A stretch of 64,000 bases of DNA from the NCBI GenBank assembly GCA_964106915.2, contig OZ066915.1. One strand, given 5' to 3'. The position numbers and the translations under genes were made by a program. Positions 24,801 to 38,469 of this stretch are shown here, piece by piece (within the stretch, counting starts at the first letter, position 1; every line of letters begins with the position of its first letter). Source of the stretch: Podarcis gaigeae (taxonomy: Eukaryota). Below the pieces are notes generated by a model that worked only from the letters and a program-made list of their open reading frames with translations, did no database searches and was not told the DNA's origin.

Positions 24801-27800
24801 GGATGTGATATAAAGGGAGAAACCACGATCCCACAACTCTGCTGGGGTTACAAACAGTTTGATAGATCTTGGAATTTCACCTCCCCGCCCCCCCCAATTC
24901 CTTTTGGCAACCTTCCTGCACCTCAATAAAGCAGATCTGTGGGCAGAAACCCATTTCCATGTGGGTCGCTCTCACTGGATTAGGATGTCTGTGTGCATAT
25001 ATCATGTATATTACACGCACACACACAGAGAGGAATATATATACACATATTGGCATACATGTCTATATATTCGTTGTTTGCTTGGATAATGTTTAGTGTT
25101 TTTTTCCGTCTGCTTACATTAACTTTGCTAACTATGAAATTGGAACACAGTTTCAGGTTTGCTTTTTGTTTTTGTTTTTTAAAAAAACATTATTTCATTT
25201 GCACTGTTAATGTACATATTACCTTAACTTAAATGGGATTTGTTCCCCAGATATATCTATACTGTATATCTATCTATATATGCACTTACTCTCATATTCT
25301 CTATGCATTGTGCTTTTGTGTCTGGCAGATTCTAAGTCCCATCCCACCCCCATATTAGAATATAAAAATTCTCAGATGTTTCCTTCAGTGCTATTATTCA
25401 AGACTTTTGTTTCCCCCTGGGGATGATAACAGAAAATGTTCAGAATGACATTGCTTGGTTCTTTCTTCCCAGTCATTAAAACTGCAATAATATAGAAACA
25501 TAACATTCCTTAGGCAAACACAAATATGCTGCATGATTCTTTTAGTTTGGAAAATGCATATTAGACTTACTAGTAGTCATATACAGAACATATTTACAGA
25601 GCATTGATTGCAAAGATATTGTTAAAACTGTGCCGTATTATATAGTAATTTTGCCATAAATTTCACAAAGATGAAGAGAAAACACCTTAATTGCTGGCTA
25701 GTATGCATCCTGAAACCTGAAAAGATGGAGTGATTATTATGTGGAAATATAGACCAAACAAAACTGTGAGAGAGTATATTTTAGCTCAATTCAAAGGTAA
25801 CCATGTATTTAAGTTTGCTTTATGCAATGATATTATGGTCCCCCACTTTTTAAAAGCTCAATCTAGTCTGTACACCTGTACACAGTATTTAGAATTAATT
25901 AGCTCAGAAACAGGGTAGTCTGTCTATTCCTGGAAGCATCTTTTCCTTAATAACAAAAAGGACCTCATGGAGGTGATTGTTTACTTGCTTTGTTATCCCT
26001 GTGGGTAGAATTTCATCCTCTCATTGGCAAGGTCAGATAATATTATGGCTTGTACTATAAACTTCCAGATATCTTAAAGTGCAGTACTAGGAGCTGATTT
26101 TGTAGTTTTTTTTATTATAGCTGACCTGTTGAACCAATGTGAGAAAAAAAGGTATTTTCTTTGAAGGCCTATAAATCCCGTGCATTAATTACAAGGCCAA
26201 TATTTTTCACACTCCTTAAACTTCATTTCTTAAAATAACAATGGGTGTTTGTACAAAGAAAATGAAAATCAGAAGAAACCATGAATACAGCATAGCTCAG
26301 CTGTCACAAAAGATGTCCTAAGCAAGGGTTGTCCAGTTGTGGATGACATCAAAAGGCAGATGATGTCCTGACTTGTGAAGTGTACTCAGCCCCAATGCAC
26401 ATGGAAAAACATGAGTCACGTGATCAGTATTTTTTATAAATACATCATGATGTTCGAAATTCTCAACAATCATGTATGAACACTGGGTGCTCAGTTACCC
26501 CAATTTTAAAATTCTTTACAGAGGAAATGCTCAAACACTCATAGTGCTACTAAAAAGTCAGGTGGAGAAGATACACCAATAAATAAATAAACTCTGCAGA
26601 ACTGACTGGAAGATTCAACAATACTTAGTGGATTTAACTTTTCGCCTTTTTTTTGTCCCACTGTTTCAGGAACAGGGACCATATAATAGTATGAATTACT
26701 TGAAGAAAAACGGGGGCATTTCTATAGTTCATGATTTTGAGAAAAATAATTCAGCCTCTTCCACCAGAAGATGCTGGAGAATCCAGCTATTTAAAATAAA
26801 TACCCCCCCCCCCAAGTACTCCCTTAAGTATTGCGTCTAAAAAGAAACACTTCTCAAACTGAATGCAATGGAACTGGGTGAGGAAAACAACCCAACTCTT
26901 ATAAGTTTCTAAACTGTCTGTCTTTTAAAATATATATTGTCTAAACAGCAGACATGATTCTATTCCATCTATTTGATATGGAAATGAGATACAAATCAAA
27001 ACAGCAACTGAGAATCCGTAAGAGAGGTTTATACTAACAAGCAAACTGACACCAATTATTTGTATAGTCTTTACCTGTCCCTTACATTTGGAAACATTTG
27101 TCACTGTTTTCTCTCTTCCACAGGGAAGGACTGAGCACCGAGAGAAAACCACCTATGAAGTCACTTGCTGGCCCACTTACATTTGGCACTTTACACTTTA
27201 GACATTATGCTTCATGGCACACTGTAGCACATAGTTGGGAATCTCTCAAACAACTCTAAGGGTCATTGTCACACAGCACGGTAACCACTGTGCTGCATTA
27301 ACTCTTTGCAATTTATCTTCCAAATGAAATGCTTTCAAGTTTCATGAAAACTCCTCACTCACCCAAAACTTCCCTTCTCTACATCAGTAACATCATCTTT
27401 TGGGAAACCTCTGATACTCATTCCGCATGGTATGACGGTAGGCACTACTTAATTTCAAGTTAATGCATTTGACAGGTAACACAGGAAGATGGTTTGGTTT
27501 GCAACTATAACACTTCTCTCCATCCAGGTAATGCTGTGTATGCTCCAGATGTGAAGAGAGGCATGAGATACATTGCTCTTTGAACTCAAACCTATTTTCT
27601 TGCTTCCTCTTTCTGTGCTTAAACTTATGAGTGCTAAAAGGAGGGTGGAAACAACAGAATGAGGAAGTTTCAAATTCTGCCTCCAAATATCAAATGCTAT
27701 TATATATTTAAAGGTCATGTTGTATACATTTGTACTGTAACTTAAATATTTCACAATTTTGCAAAGAAAACCCAAACATTACAAAACAGATTATAGAGTG

Positions 27801-27941
27801 GGCCAGCAACTAAGGTGTTTTAAAATAACTTTTTGTCCTGAATAGGTTTTTTGTTTTGTTTTCCCTAAGTCCCACATTTGGCTGTACAACCGATTTTGAA
27901 GAGAAATCCAGTTCTTGATAGCTGTGTGGCTTTATTTTGTT
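21835..27941 (-). other. GABRB2: Putative long GABRB2 3' UTR (~6.1 kb)
   Basis: AT-rich stretch with no recognisable TE from the stop codon to an AATAAA at 21854-21859 (minus). TE content resumes right after it. The 3' end is inferred, not observed. Confidence 0.6.
21854..21859 (-). terminator. Candidate distal polyadenylation signal AATAAA
   Basis: Plus-strand TTTATT. Downstream on the minus strand is a U-rich element (TTTGCTTTTATTATT). Sits at the edge of the TE-free block. Confidence 0.55.
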
Positions 27942-28331
<390 letters not shown>

Positions 28332-29920
28332 TCAGACTCAGCCAATCATCAAGCAGGCAAGACCCAAGAAGTCCAATTCAATGTTGGCCTACGGAAGTAT
28401 GCAACTTAAAGTGGCATACATACATTTACTTGTGGGTCCTGTATTTTGAAAGCACAGGCAAATACATTGTATGGCACTGTTAGTAGCCACATGTTTGTCT
28501 GGCAGATATCTCGGAAACTTGCGGCACTGCCACTATGCGTTTGCATGAAGTGCTGCACTTTGCTGGCCCAAAAGTTCTGTTCTGACAAGACTTCTCAGCA
28601 TTTACAATTAGAATGAGCTCAAAAGAATGACGCAGCGATGAGATACATCAGATATAACTTCTGCACTTCATCACAGGCCTTCTGTTTGGATGCAGTGTGA
28701 AATCCATTGGAACAATTTTGGAACTCTCATATCACTAGAGTTCAAAATGCATATTTTGATATAAAGATTAGATTCTGTGTTTAGAGAGAAAACTGATGTG
28801 CTGTTTTACACCTGCGCTAGGACCTCTTTCAAGTTGTAATGCCCAGGATAACAGTGTTCAATTCATCATGGAACATCTCATCAGAACAGAAGGCTGGCCA
28901 TGGCATTAGGCTGTACTTCAGAGGCAAGTCTAACCAGGCATTCATTTCAGAGTATAATCACATAAAATCTCAACACTGGTTTTGAAGTGTTATTAGTAAC
29001 TTTTTAAAATGTGAGATTATATAGTATACTGTAATAAAAAATAATAATGCCATGTTGTTTCTGGCATTAACTGTACAAAAGGAAAGTAGCAGAGCTCTCT
29101 GTTACTCTGAAGTAAATCTTTCACTATCTGCATTTTTTTCCTCAAAAAAGTTGCCATTTTGCTTGGCAGGAGATAAGTACCAATCCTTAATTTTAATAGC
29201 TGTTATAAACCAGTTTTCTTATCAGACAATTAAATTTAAATTGATGCTGAATATTATGTTAACACATTTTATAGCAATTCAGTAAATTCTTTACATTTTC
29301 ATTTGAAAAGTGATGTGTTTTATTGGGCTGACTAATGGTGGACAGATTCCATTTTCATTACATGAACATATGTATAAATAGTTCAGAATAAACTGCATTT
29401 TTCTACTCTTTCACTCTAGCAATTCCTTACATGATTGTGAACTCAAATGTGTCTGCAGGATTCTTGCCCCATTTCCCAGGTCTTCACTCACTTGCATTTC
29501 GGCAATAGTTCCACTTCAAAAGTGCAGGCCCTCTGTTAATTTCTGCTGCTAGAGGGCTTGGAGAATTTTAATTCTCGTTTGACAGTATGTATGAAAATTT
29601 TCTATGGAGAATATTTATGGCAAGGGTTTCTCAAACTTTGTTTCTTATCAAATCTTGCCTTCATTTTTTATTCTTCCAAGCATAAACTAAGGGAAAATGA
29701 AGAAAACTAGATAGGTTTAGGTGGGATATAATACACACAAACAATGATATTCTGAAACCGCTAAAGAGAGCCACACATTTAAAGTAGTCTTCCACGACTG
29801 CCATTTGCTAGATCAGGAGCTGTGGGTGGGCATAAATCAAATGCGCATCTGAGTCTGGATGCTGTATGTCAACACTGCTTTACTTTCAAGGTCCATTTAT
29901 TGATAAGAAATAAATAAAGA

Positions 29921-30680
29921 CTCTCCTCCCTGCAAGAGAGGGGAGTGGTTGTGGGCGGGAGCCCGAGCTCCGCCCCTAGCAGGGGGCGTTAGCCCCCTGC
30001 CATCACCTCACCTGACTGGCGCCCACGCCCCTCAGCGGGCATCCAACCAGGTGCCTGAGGGGGGCGTGTTCAGCAGCCTTTTGCTGCGGCGCCAGCCTTT
30101 GCCCGGCCTCATTCTTCGTCCTCTCACCACGAGTCACCCACCCTCCACTCCCTTTTAGTTAGGGCTTAGGTCACTGGCCTTGCTATGGACCTTAGGTTGG
30201 TCGCCCTGGTTGTCTAGGGGGCCTGGTAGGAGTTTTTCCATTTGGCATTAGGCCTTTTTGGTTTTTTCGCCTACCTCGTAGCAATCGTCACAACTTTTTG
30301 TGGTATTGGTGGGTAGGTTAGGCATTGGAATAATGTGTTGTGCTGTGTCGAAGAGCTAGGTGTGGCCATCGCCTATGCCTTCAATTTTTAGGGGTATTCC
30401 GTTAAAGGAATCTGGCGGTCGTGTATTCTGTCCGATGCCTGCTTGGCGGGAGGCCATGGCATGACCCTCGGTGACATTAGGGGTGAGCCTATAGTTGGAT
30501 CGGCATCAACTGGCTCCACCTACTGGTGAATAAACTCACTTGTTCAAATCCAATGCCTAAGCCAATACCTTTTCACTGCTGTAATCAATAAAGTTGTGGC
30601 CTTTCCTTGCCCATTAACCTTATATCACGTGTCCGTGTGTATTCTTTCCACATTGCGGGGGTCGGGTCCTCGAACCACAA
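29921..30680 (+). mobile_element. CpG-rich LTR-like terminal repeat, probably a DIRS/Ngaro tyrosine-recombinase retrotransposon
   Basis: Abrupt GC/CpG-rich block in an AT-rich intron; GC boxes at the 5' end, AATAAAGTTGTGGCC near the 3' end; no TG..CA ends or TSD seen. Family assignment is from recall. Confidence 0.55.
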
Positions 30681-31009
30681 ATAACATTGCCAGCATGTAA
30701 ATTTGATTCATGTGCGTTTAGGGAGGAGGCCATACTTTCAACCCCATCCCCACTGTTGCCTGTTCTTCCTGCAATAATTGTCTGTGCTGCATGCTGTTTT
30801 CTGCAGAAAAATTCAAATGTGCACACAGCTACTTGAGTATACAGGTTATGTGTGATAGGAACACTACAGGTGAGTACTTGCTCACACATTTGCATTTGTC
30901 TGCTAACAACTACAGACAACAGGGACAATATGGATGTACACATGAGTAATGAGTAGTTTGAAAACTGCAGCCAAAGTTTTACATATTTATAGGTTTATAG
31001 ATTATGAGG

Positions 31010-31010
<1 letters not shown>

Positions 31011-31054
<44 letters not shown>
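31011..31054. repeat. (TTA)n microsatellite
   Basis: Directly visible. Confidence 0.95.
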
Positions 31055-31055
<1 letters not shown>

Positions 31056-32719
31056 TAACTGATTTAAGTCATTAAATGTTTATCATGATATTATATTGAA
31101 AAGTTGTTTTAAATCAAGGATTCTGAAGTAAGCTATGTTAAATTTGAAGTTGTGCTGCTAAACCCATGTGGGACTTTGTTTCTTAATTTATGAACATTTA
31201 GGTTTCAACAGATCAAGGTGTAATTTAGTCAAAGTGATCCAATTTTGCTTTCCTATTAAAATCATGCGGAGTCGGGTATTGTTTGAAACCCCATATAATT
31301 TCTTTTTGAATATCTGGAATGAAATTGTAATTCAAAATCTGTTCCACTGTCACAAAATATGCCTGTTGCATAGGATATGTCTGAGCTGGAAAACATTTAT
31401 GGTCTAGCCTGTAACAAAAGCAACTTAATTCTGATCAGAATGCCTGGAGTAGGTTCTCTACCACTTCCCATCGAAACAAACAGCACATTATTTCTGCAGT
31501 CCCATAACAAACATTTATGTATGTATAAGCATAGCGATTTCATTTTACAAGACATTATTACTACCCCGTCACTGAATTTTGAAGTCAGCCAACCAATCCC
31601 AAACAGGAGTAAACAGGCAGGGGTGAATATTCCGGGGCCCCCACAGTGGATAATTGCATATTTCAACATGTATTTCATTGCATCAAGCTTTATTAAAGAA
31701 TTCACCATTTTGCAAACAGTAAATTCTTTATAAAGTTGTTTTTAAAAAAATCATTTTAAAGCGAAGGACGTTAGTCTTGTGAGACAAAAACTGCAAAACA
31801 AATACAGCATTTTCAATCACATCCAAGGTTAAAGAACAGGAGCACTGGTTAATCTGAACAGCTATACTGGGGGTGGTGGGTTGGTTGGATGGGGTGAGTC
31901 ACACAAGCAGGGTAGCAAAGCTATTTTAAAGTTTCATTTTCCATTTCCAGTCAGAGTCCAGACCTCAGAAGTTAAGCCAGTCTTCAGCCTTCTACACACT
32001 TCAGGTAAAATGGAACTGTGCACTTGGCCAGAGATAAATTTGCTTGAATGTAAAATAGGGGTTGGTGTATTCTGACAAGGCCACTTTACAGAATATTGAG
32101 GGTATGAAACACTGAGGAAAAAAGTGCCTGGTAATAAATATAAATCAAATTCTCAAATGGCCAGCTTTGGAGTCTTCTATGGCTGCTGTGGAGATGCCAT
32201 TAACGGTTGCTGCAATGTGAATAACTTGTCACACACCCAAAGAATTTAGGAGAAAAACAGCATATAAGCAATTTAGTATTACTCTTTTTTTCTTGTCAGA
32301 TGTTTTTCTGCTGTTATCAGACTCCTTGTCTGATAACACCACAGTTTGAGAAGGCTGGAGGTCTCTACACCTTTTCCAAAGAGACATTGGAAATTACTAC
32401 ATAGGCGTAAATTAGTAATGGATGAACCTCCCAATTGATTTACTGTATAGCAGTTAGAAAGTGATTGCACATGTCTTCAAGCTTTTCCCCGTTGGAAATT
32501 GGTCTACCTTTCATTTCCAAAACAGGAAATGCACAAGGTTACGATAAAGGATAAAAGGATGAAAAGCAAATTGACCTCATTTTTGGATCTGAAGTGAAGT
32601 TTTAGGAAGGCAACTGAGAGCACCATTGCAATACAGCAGGTTCACCCATCCCTAATGAAAATGTATGCTTATAACTATATAGAAGCTTACAATACAACAG
32701 TGAAACACATTAATTCTGC

Positions 32720-33062
32720 AGGGCGCCTTTTATCCAGACGGATCCCAAAGCGCTTTACAGATTTTTAGAAAGCGACATCACTTCACCAACAAGTGCAATC
32801 ACCTCTCAGGCGAAATGGGGTGGCTATCTAACATCGCCAAACAACGCATTGTATTTTAGTACAGGAAATGAAGAATGCTGTAGCCAATTAAAACTATGCA
32901 GTGGGTGGGTGAGTGGTGGGAATGGTTCAGAAGGTAGAAGACAACTTAGAATACAACCAAAACTTGGACAGGAGCCTGGCATTAAGATGCCAGTTCTTGC
33001 AAAAAGTGCCGTGGGATCTTTAATTGACCACTAATGGTCCAAGATCTCACTAGTAAGTCTCT
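32720..33062 (-). mobile_element. AmnSINE1 / DeuSINE-like ancient SINE relic
   Basis: GATCCCAAAGCGCTTTACA, CACTTCACC..CACCTCT, CAGGAAATGAAGAA and CTTGCAAAAAGTGCCGTGGGATCTTTAATTGACCAC occur in the order of the reverse-complemented Deu domain and 3' tail as I recall them. Confidence 0.72.
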
Positions 33063-35570
33063 AAGGATAGAATCATTATAAAACAATAAAATATACCTTT
33101 GTTGAATACATTTCTGGACAATGATATGTGCCAATTATTCTTCTGTCCTGTAAGTTAATAAAATCAAGACCGGTTTCCATAGAGAAAAGGCAGCTGTTAG
33201 CTTTCATTAAAAATTAATGTACTATAGGCTATTATCATAAACGATGCACTTTAATTAAAAGCACAGGGCAATCTGAGCCAACAATCAGCAGAAGTATATT
33301 CTTGGTTTAGAGGTGCTGTTGTTGTCTTGGCCCTGACATTGTAGACAACACAAATTTGTAATGGAAATGTATAGCCCCCCCCCCCACAAAAACCTGGTCA
33401 TTTTTGACCAAGAAAGGAATGATGACATGTAAACATTAGTCAGGAGAGAGGGGAACAACATGGGGATTTAAAAGGTGGTAGGGGGAAGGAAGTCTGAATG
33501 CTGATGTGGTTCTTCAGCCACATAACGGGATTCTTGATAGGGCAAGACAGACTTTATGTATAAAAAAATTCCACAGGGCAGGGAAAATAGGTAAACATAT
33601 GAAAGGGGGACAAGTAACAAAAATAGAAAATGAATGGTGCAAAACATTAATTTGAACATAATAATCATGGAGGTATCAAACAATCACTTTAAATGATAAC
33701 ATGATTAAGTGATAAAAATAGAATTCACTGTTGGGCCTAAAATAAGCTTGCATAATGTAGACCACAGAGCATGGGACATTGCTGACCCTCCCAGCTCAAA
33801 TAGCAGATAGACCTACATGGCAGGTGATTCCCAATATCTAGAAACTCCAAAATGATGGCTCTCTATAGGTGTTGACTCTTTAATATCAGCAGCACACAAA
33901 TCTAACAAATTATTTAGGTGTAAAATAATTATACCTATATAATAAAGTGACAGTTTTTATTTAGTGGTTACATTAGTAGCTTTCTTGCTTTAAAAACCAG
34001 CTTTATTCTTGAGGTGCTTCTGTAGTGCACATTTATTATTTACTATCAAACATGCATCAAACTGACACAGTAAAGCATTTCAGCCCTTCAATTCCATTGC
34101 CTGCAAGCAACTCACTTTTAAAACATGGACAAACAAAGCTGTCAATACAGTCATACTTTTTTATTATTATCTCTGATTTTGAAATCAAATGGAACGAAGA
34201 AAACAATGTGTGAGAGCACTAATGCAACATTGTCAAAATTGGCCCAATTATTGGATGGATTGTCTTATCCATTCAGCATTTCACCCCTAACAAAGCCCTT
34301 CAGTAAAAGATCTGACTGATCATTTCAAATCAGTATGTCTTCCTTACTGTTCTCTGCTCTACTCTTCTTTTCCATGGCCGCCCTTCCCTTTTCTCAATTT
34401 ATTTAAGACTGCTCCTTCTGTCAAAACCTTCTGCATTCCTTTCCCTGCTACCTTCTCAATTCCTTTTCTTTACCTGTGCTATATAGTCTTATTCTAAACC
34501 TACTGCACTAGGCCATTTAGCCTGTGTTGGACATGGATTGCTCAGTCAATGGCAGTCAGAGAACCTTAGGATCAAAGCAGCTCAGTCAAGGGCAGCAAAT
34601 GACTGTTCTACAACAGTCAGTCCTTCCAGCTACTCTACAGCTATCACAATATACCGTAGATTATAGGGCCTCTAATCTTGTGCACTTGACCCATTTTAAG
34701 ATTGATAAATTTTCTGAGAAATTGTTTCATCGATGTACAATTTACTATATAATTTTAACAACAACTGAAATAAAGCTGACTGAAATTAGATCTGCGTTTA
34801 CAAATGTGCACCAATAGGTGTGTATAATTGCAACCCACTATTTGCCCAAATGATACCACTGCTTCTGTCAAAGCATTATGCAGTTGCACTTTTCTATACA
34901 GTACTGTCTGAACTGCTACATTTAGACATTCTATTTGTGATAGCTGTATCAAAATGTATTCTCTATAAAAAGATCTTGAACAACAACAACAAAAAAGTGC
35001 TTTCTGAGAATTTTTCTGTCATGGCGAAAGCTAATTATTTAGCTCTCTGAAAGAATTGGAAGGCAGGCTTTCAGATTATGTAAGATAACTTATGTATCTT
35101 AAACAAGCAGAAGCTGGATACACACTGGCCTTGTGCAAATTAAAGATGGCATTCTGAGATTGTTGCTATGGACAGAGAGCTTTACACAGCTGACTTGACC
35201 TTTTTTCTGATGTCACCAGGAATAGCACTGCAGACTGTATGGAGAAGCTACCTTGTGACCTTTTCTGTAAGAGGCCACAGGCAAAGTCTGCTGCCACCAC
35301 TGCCTCACATTACCTTCAGAGCAAATTCTTACATAATGCTAATGGAGAGATGGAAAACAATGGCGTGTACACTGCTGGTTTATAGAAAATTCTTACACAA
35401 CAGCAATGCATAGTTATAAATAGTTGCTTTTAGGCACTTTCTTTTTAAAAAAATACAAATTCAATGTGGAAAATATGGATCAAAGTAGTCATTTATTGCA
35501 GACTGCTTTAATTTTGGCAACTCTCTAAACCTGCAAAGTATGCAGTATAGATTTTGACCACATTCTAAAC

Positions 35571-35708
35571 CAGAGCTGGCTAACCTATAGCCCTGCAGAT
35601 ATTGTTGGACAACAATGCCCATTATCCATGACTGTTTGCCATGCTTGTTGAAGCTGATAGGAGCTGGAGTCTAACAGCATCTGGAGGGTTACAGGTTTTT
35701 CATCCCTG
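35571..35708. mobile_element. hAT MITE, diverged
   Basis: Same family as 54345-54480; degenerate TSD TTCTAAAC / TTTTGAAC. Confidence 0.65.
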
Positions 35709-36469
35709 TTTTGAACTGTAGCTTAACCATAAATATTTACATGGTGGAAAGTCATGTATACTTAAGCATATCAAAGCTTCATGATATCCTAAACAGTAGG
35801 AATAACTTAAGATAAAGGCAAACACTTAGCAGGATTCAACTAATGAGTGCTATCAGCAGGAACTCTGTGCAAGGACTTCCTCTAGCACAATGGCCCCCCC
35901 CCTCCAAATGGATGTCCCTGGGAATTGGTTGCTTTCCCAATACTCAATTTTTAAAGGCACTGGGATGTCAGAGGAAATGGAATTTCCTTTACGAATTCCC
36001 CATCCTTGTCATTCACAGTTTGCCACCTGACACTGATATAGCATCATCATACACATACATCTGCACTTGTTGCACTTTTTCATTGGCATATTTATGGAAA
36101 CTGTAATGAGCAGACCAGCTCTATGCTACATTTATTTCAAATTCATTTGAATTTTTTGTTGTCATCATGGGAGTGCAAAAGGGAAGCAAACTTGATAGGT
36201 AGCTAGAGATTTAGTACTGAGCAGAACTGGTTCTATCTCCTTTGTGGCTACAAAATAGGTAGCCTTTATACTGCAATTCTCTTTCCACTTTCTCGTGGAC
36301 CTATGAAACTACTGAATGACACTGACAACTGAAATGGGAGCCAAGAGCAACACAAAAAGGTCTCCCACCATGTTCTTCAATCCTACCTTCACTAGCAAAC
36401 TAAAACCCAATGCTGGCTAAAGTCCCTCAGGCTTGCTCTTTCTTAATTATGCCCCTCTCCCACCTCTTA

Positions 36470-36675
36470 GGGACGCAGGTGGCGCTGTGGGTAAAAGCCT
36501 CAGCGCCTAGGGCTTGCCGATCGAAAGGTCGGCGGTTCGAATCCCTGCGGCGGGGTGCGCTCCCGTCGTTCGGTCCCAGCGCCTGCCAACCTAGCAGTTC
36601 GAAAGCACCCCTGGGTGCAAGTAGATAAATAGGGACCGCTTACTAGCGGAAAGGTAAACGGCGTTTCCATGTGCG

Positions 36676-36706
<31 letters not shown>

Positions 36707-36854
36707 CCAGAGCAGCGATGTCACGCTGGCCACGTGACCCGGAAGTGTCTCCGGACAGCGCTGGCCCCCGGCCGCTTGAGTGAGATGGGCGCACCAACCC
36801 CAGAGTCTGGCAAGACTGGCCCGTACGGGCAGGAGTACCTTAACCTTTACCTTA
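36470..36854 (+). mobile_element. Sauria SINE, full length, with internal (GGCTCT)5 expansion
   Basis: Perfect 11-bp TSD CCCACCTCTTA (36459-36469 / 36855-36865); CpGs largely intact. Confidence 0.95.
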
Positions 36855-37028
36855 CCCACCTCTTATTCTGGCTAGGGAAATTTATCAAAATGACCTGGAA
36901 CCGGTTGCCTGAGATGGAGACACTTCTCAAACAACATAGAAATACAAAAAGAGAACACATAATACTAAATAAAAACACAAACAAACTGATAACCCTCCCC
37001 CCCTCAAAAACATTTAAAAGGACATATA

Positions 37029-37269
37029 CAGTGGTACCTCGGTTTACAAACTTAATCCGTTCAGGAAGTCCGTTCTTAAACTGAAACTGTTCTTAAACTG
37101 AGGTGTGCTTTCCCTAATGAAGCCTCCCTCTGCCAGTGCGCTTCCACCAATCGGATTCCCTTCTTAGACTGAGGTAAAGTTCGCAAACCGGGACACTACT
37201 TCTGGTTTTGCAGAGTTCATAAACCGAATCATTCGTAAGCAGGACTGTTCTTAAACTGAGATACCACTG
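37029..37269. mobile_element. Tc1/mariner MITE, complete (241 bp)
   Basis: TA|CAGTGGTACCTCGGTTTA ... TAAACTGAGATACCACTG|TA. Confidence 0.9.
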
Positions 37270-38469
37270 TAATGTTAATCAGCCAAAGGCCTGGTTAAAG
37301 AGAAACTGGCGCCTAGCACCTAAAGATATGTAATGAAGGCACCAGGTGAGCCTTAGTTGGTTGTTTCTGAGACAATGAACAGGCTTCCAAGTTTTCAAGC
37401 ATGCTGTCCGTAGATATGTGACATAATACAGAGACTACTGAGCCAAAGTTTATCATTATATGCAGAGTACTCTTAAATCACAGCCAGCATGTCCACATAA
37501 TATACCTTATCTAAAAGTGCAGATGCTGGCCACATCAGTTCAGACTATATTTTGAAGTGGGGTTTGCCTCATAGAATCAATAATGGAAGTTTTATTAACA
37601 TATATTGAAATGATTTAATTGTCAAAGGAAGTGATTTCTATATGAACGCTTCTACAAAATAGCAGATCCTATTTGTGTATTACTGGACAATGATATTGTG
37701 GGATAAAAGTTTAGACAAGAAAAAATGTGTTTATAAGTGAATAGACTTGAAAAACAAATAAATCTCAGGCAGTAAACTAAAAAGAAGTTTGCTAGTAGCA
37801 AAGGCAGTTGACATTTTTCAACTTTTGCAACCAGAAAGAACATGTGCAAACCTGTACAATTCTGTAAAAGATCTGAATCTTGGCACAGAATTCTAGGCTC
37901 CCTTCTTCTACTAAACGCTGCTTAGTAAAACTCCTTCATTCTCACGTAAATACTGTTGCTTACTAGCTTGTTATAAATTACTACTGCTGTTATTACTGTT
38001 GCATCTTCATATAAGATAATAAGAGCATGCAAGGTGCATCAGAGAAGAGATCCCAAAAGTGGAAACAAGGGAAGCTCAGAATGTTAAATCTCAGATAGGC
38101 ATAAGCCCCAAAGAAGCTATCCAGAAAAAAATGCAGTGCTAAGAAGTTATTGATAAATGATTTACATATTCTGCATGGAAAATGGAGAGAAAAAAATATT
38201 GCTCACTGAAGGAAACAGAGTTGCACAATACCTGGAACAAAGCAAATCCAAGATGGTATGATATCCAAGCAGTGTGAAAAGCTTTATGGATTAAGATTTC
38301 TAGTTGGCTTTAAGTATGAATGTATATATATATATATTTTAAAAATAGCTAGTAAGCCGCAAATGGAAGAACAAAGCTCATTGGGAAATAGATTACACAA
38401 AACAAGTAACTGCTTACACACACACATATATACACATACACAGAGAGTCTCATACAAATAAAAGACAAA

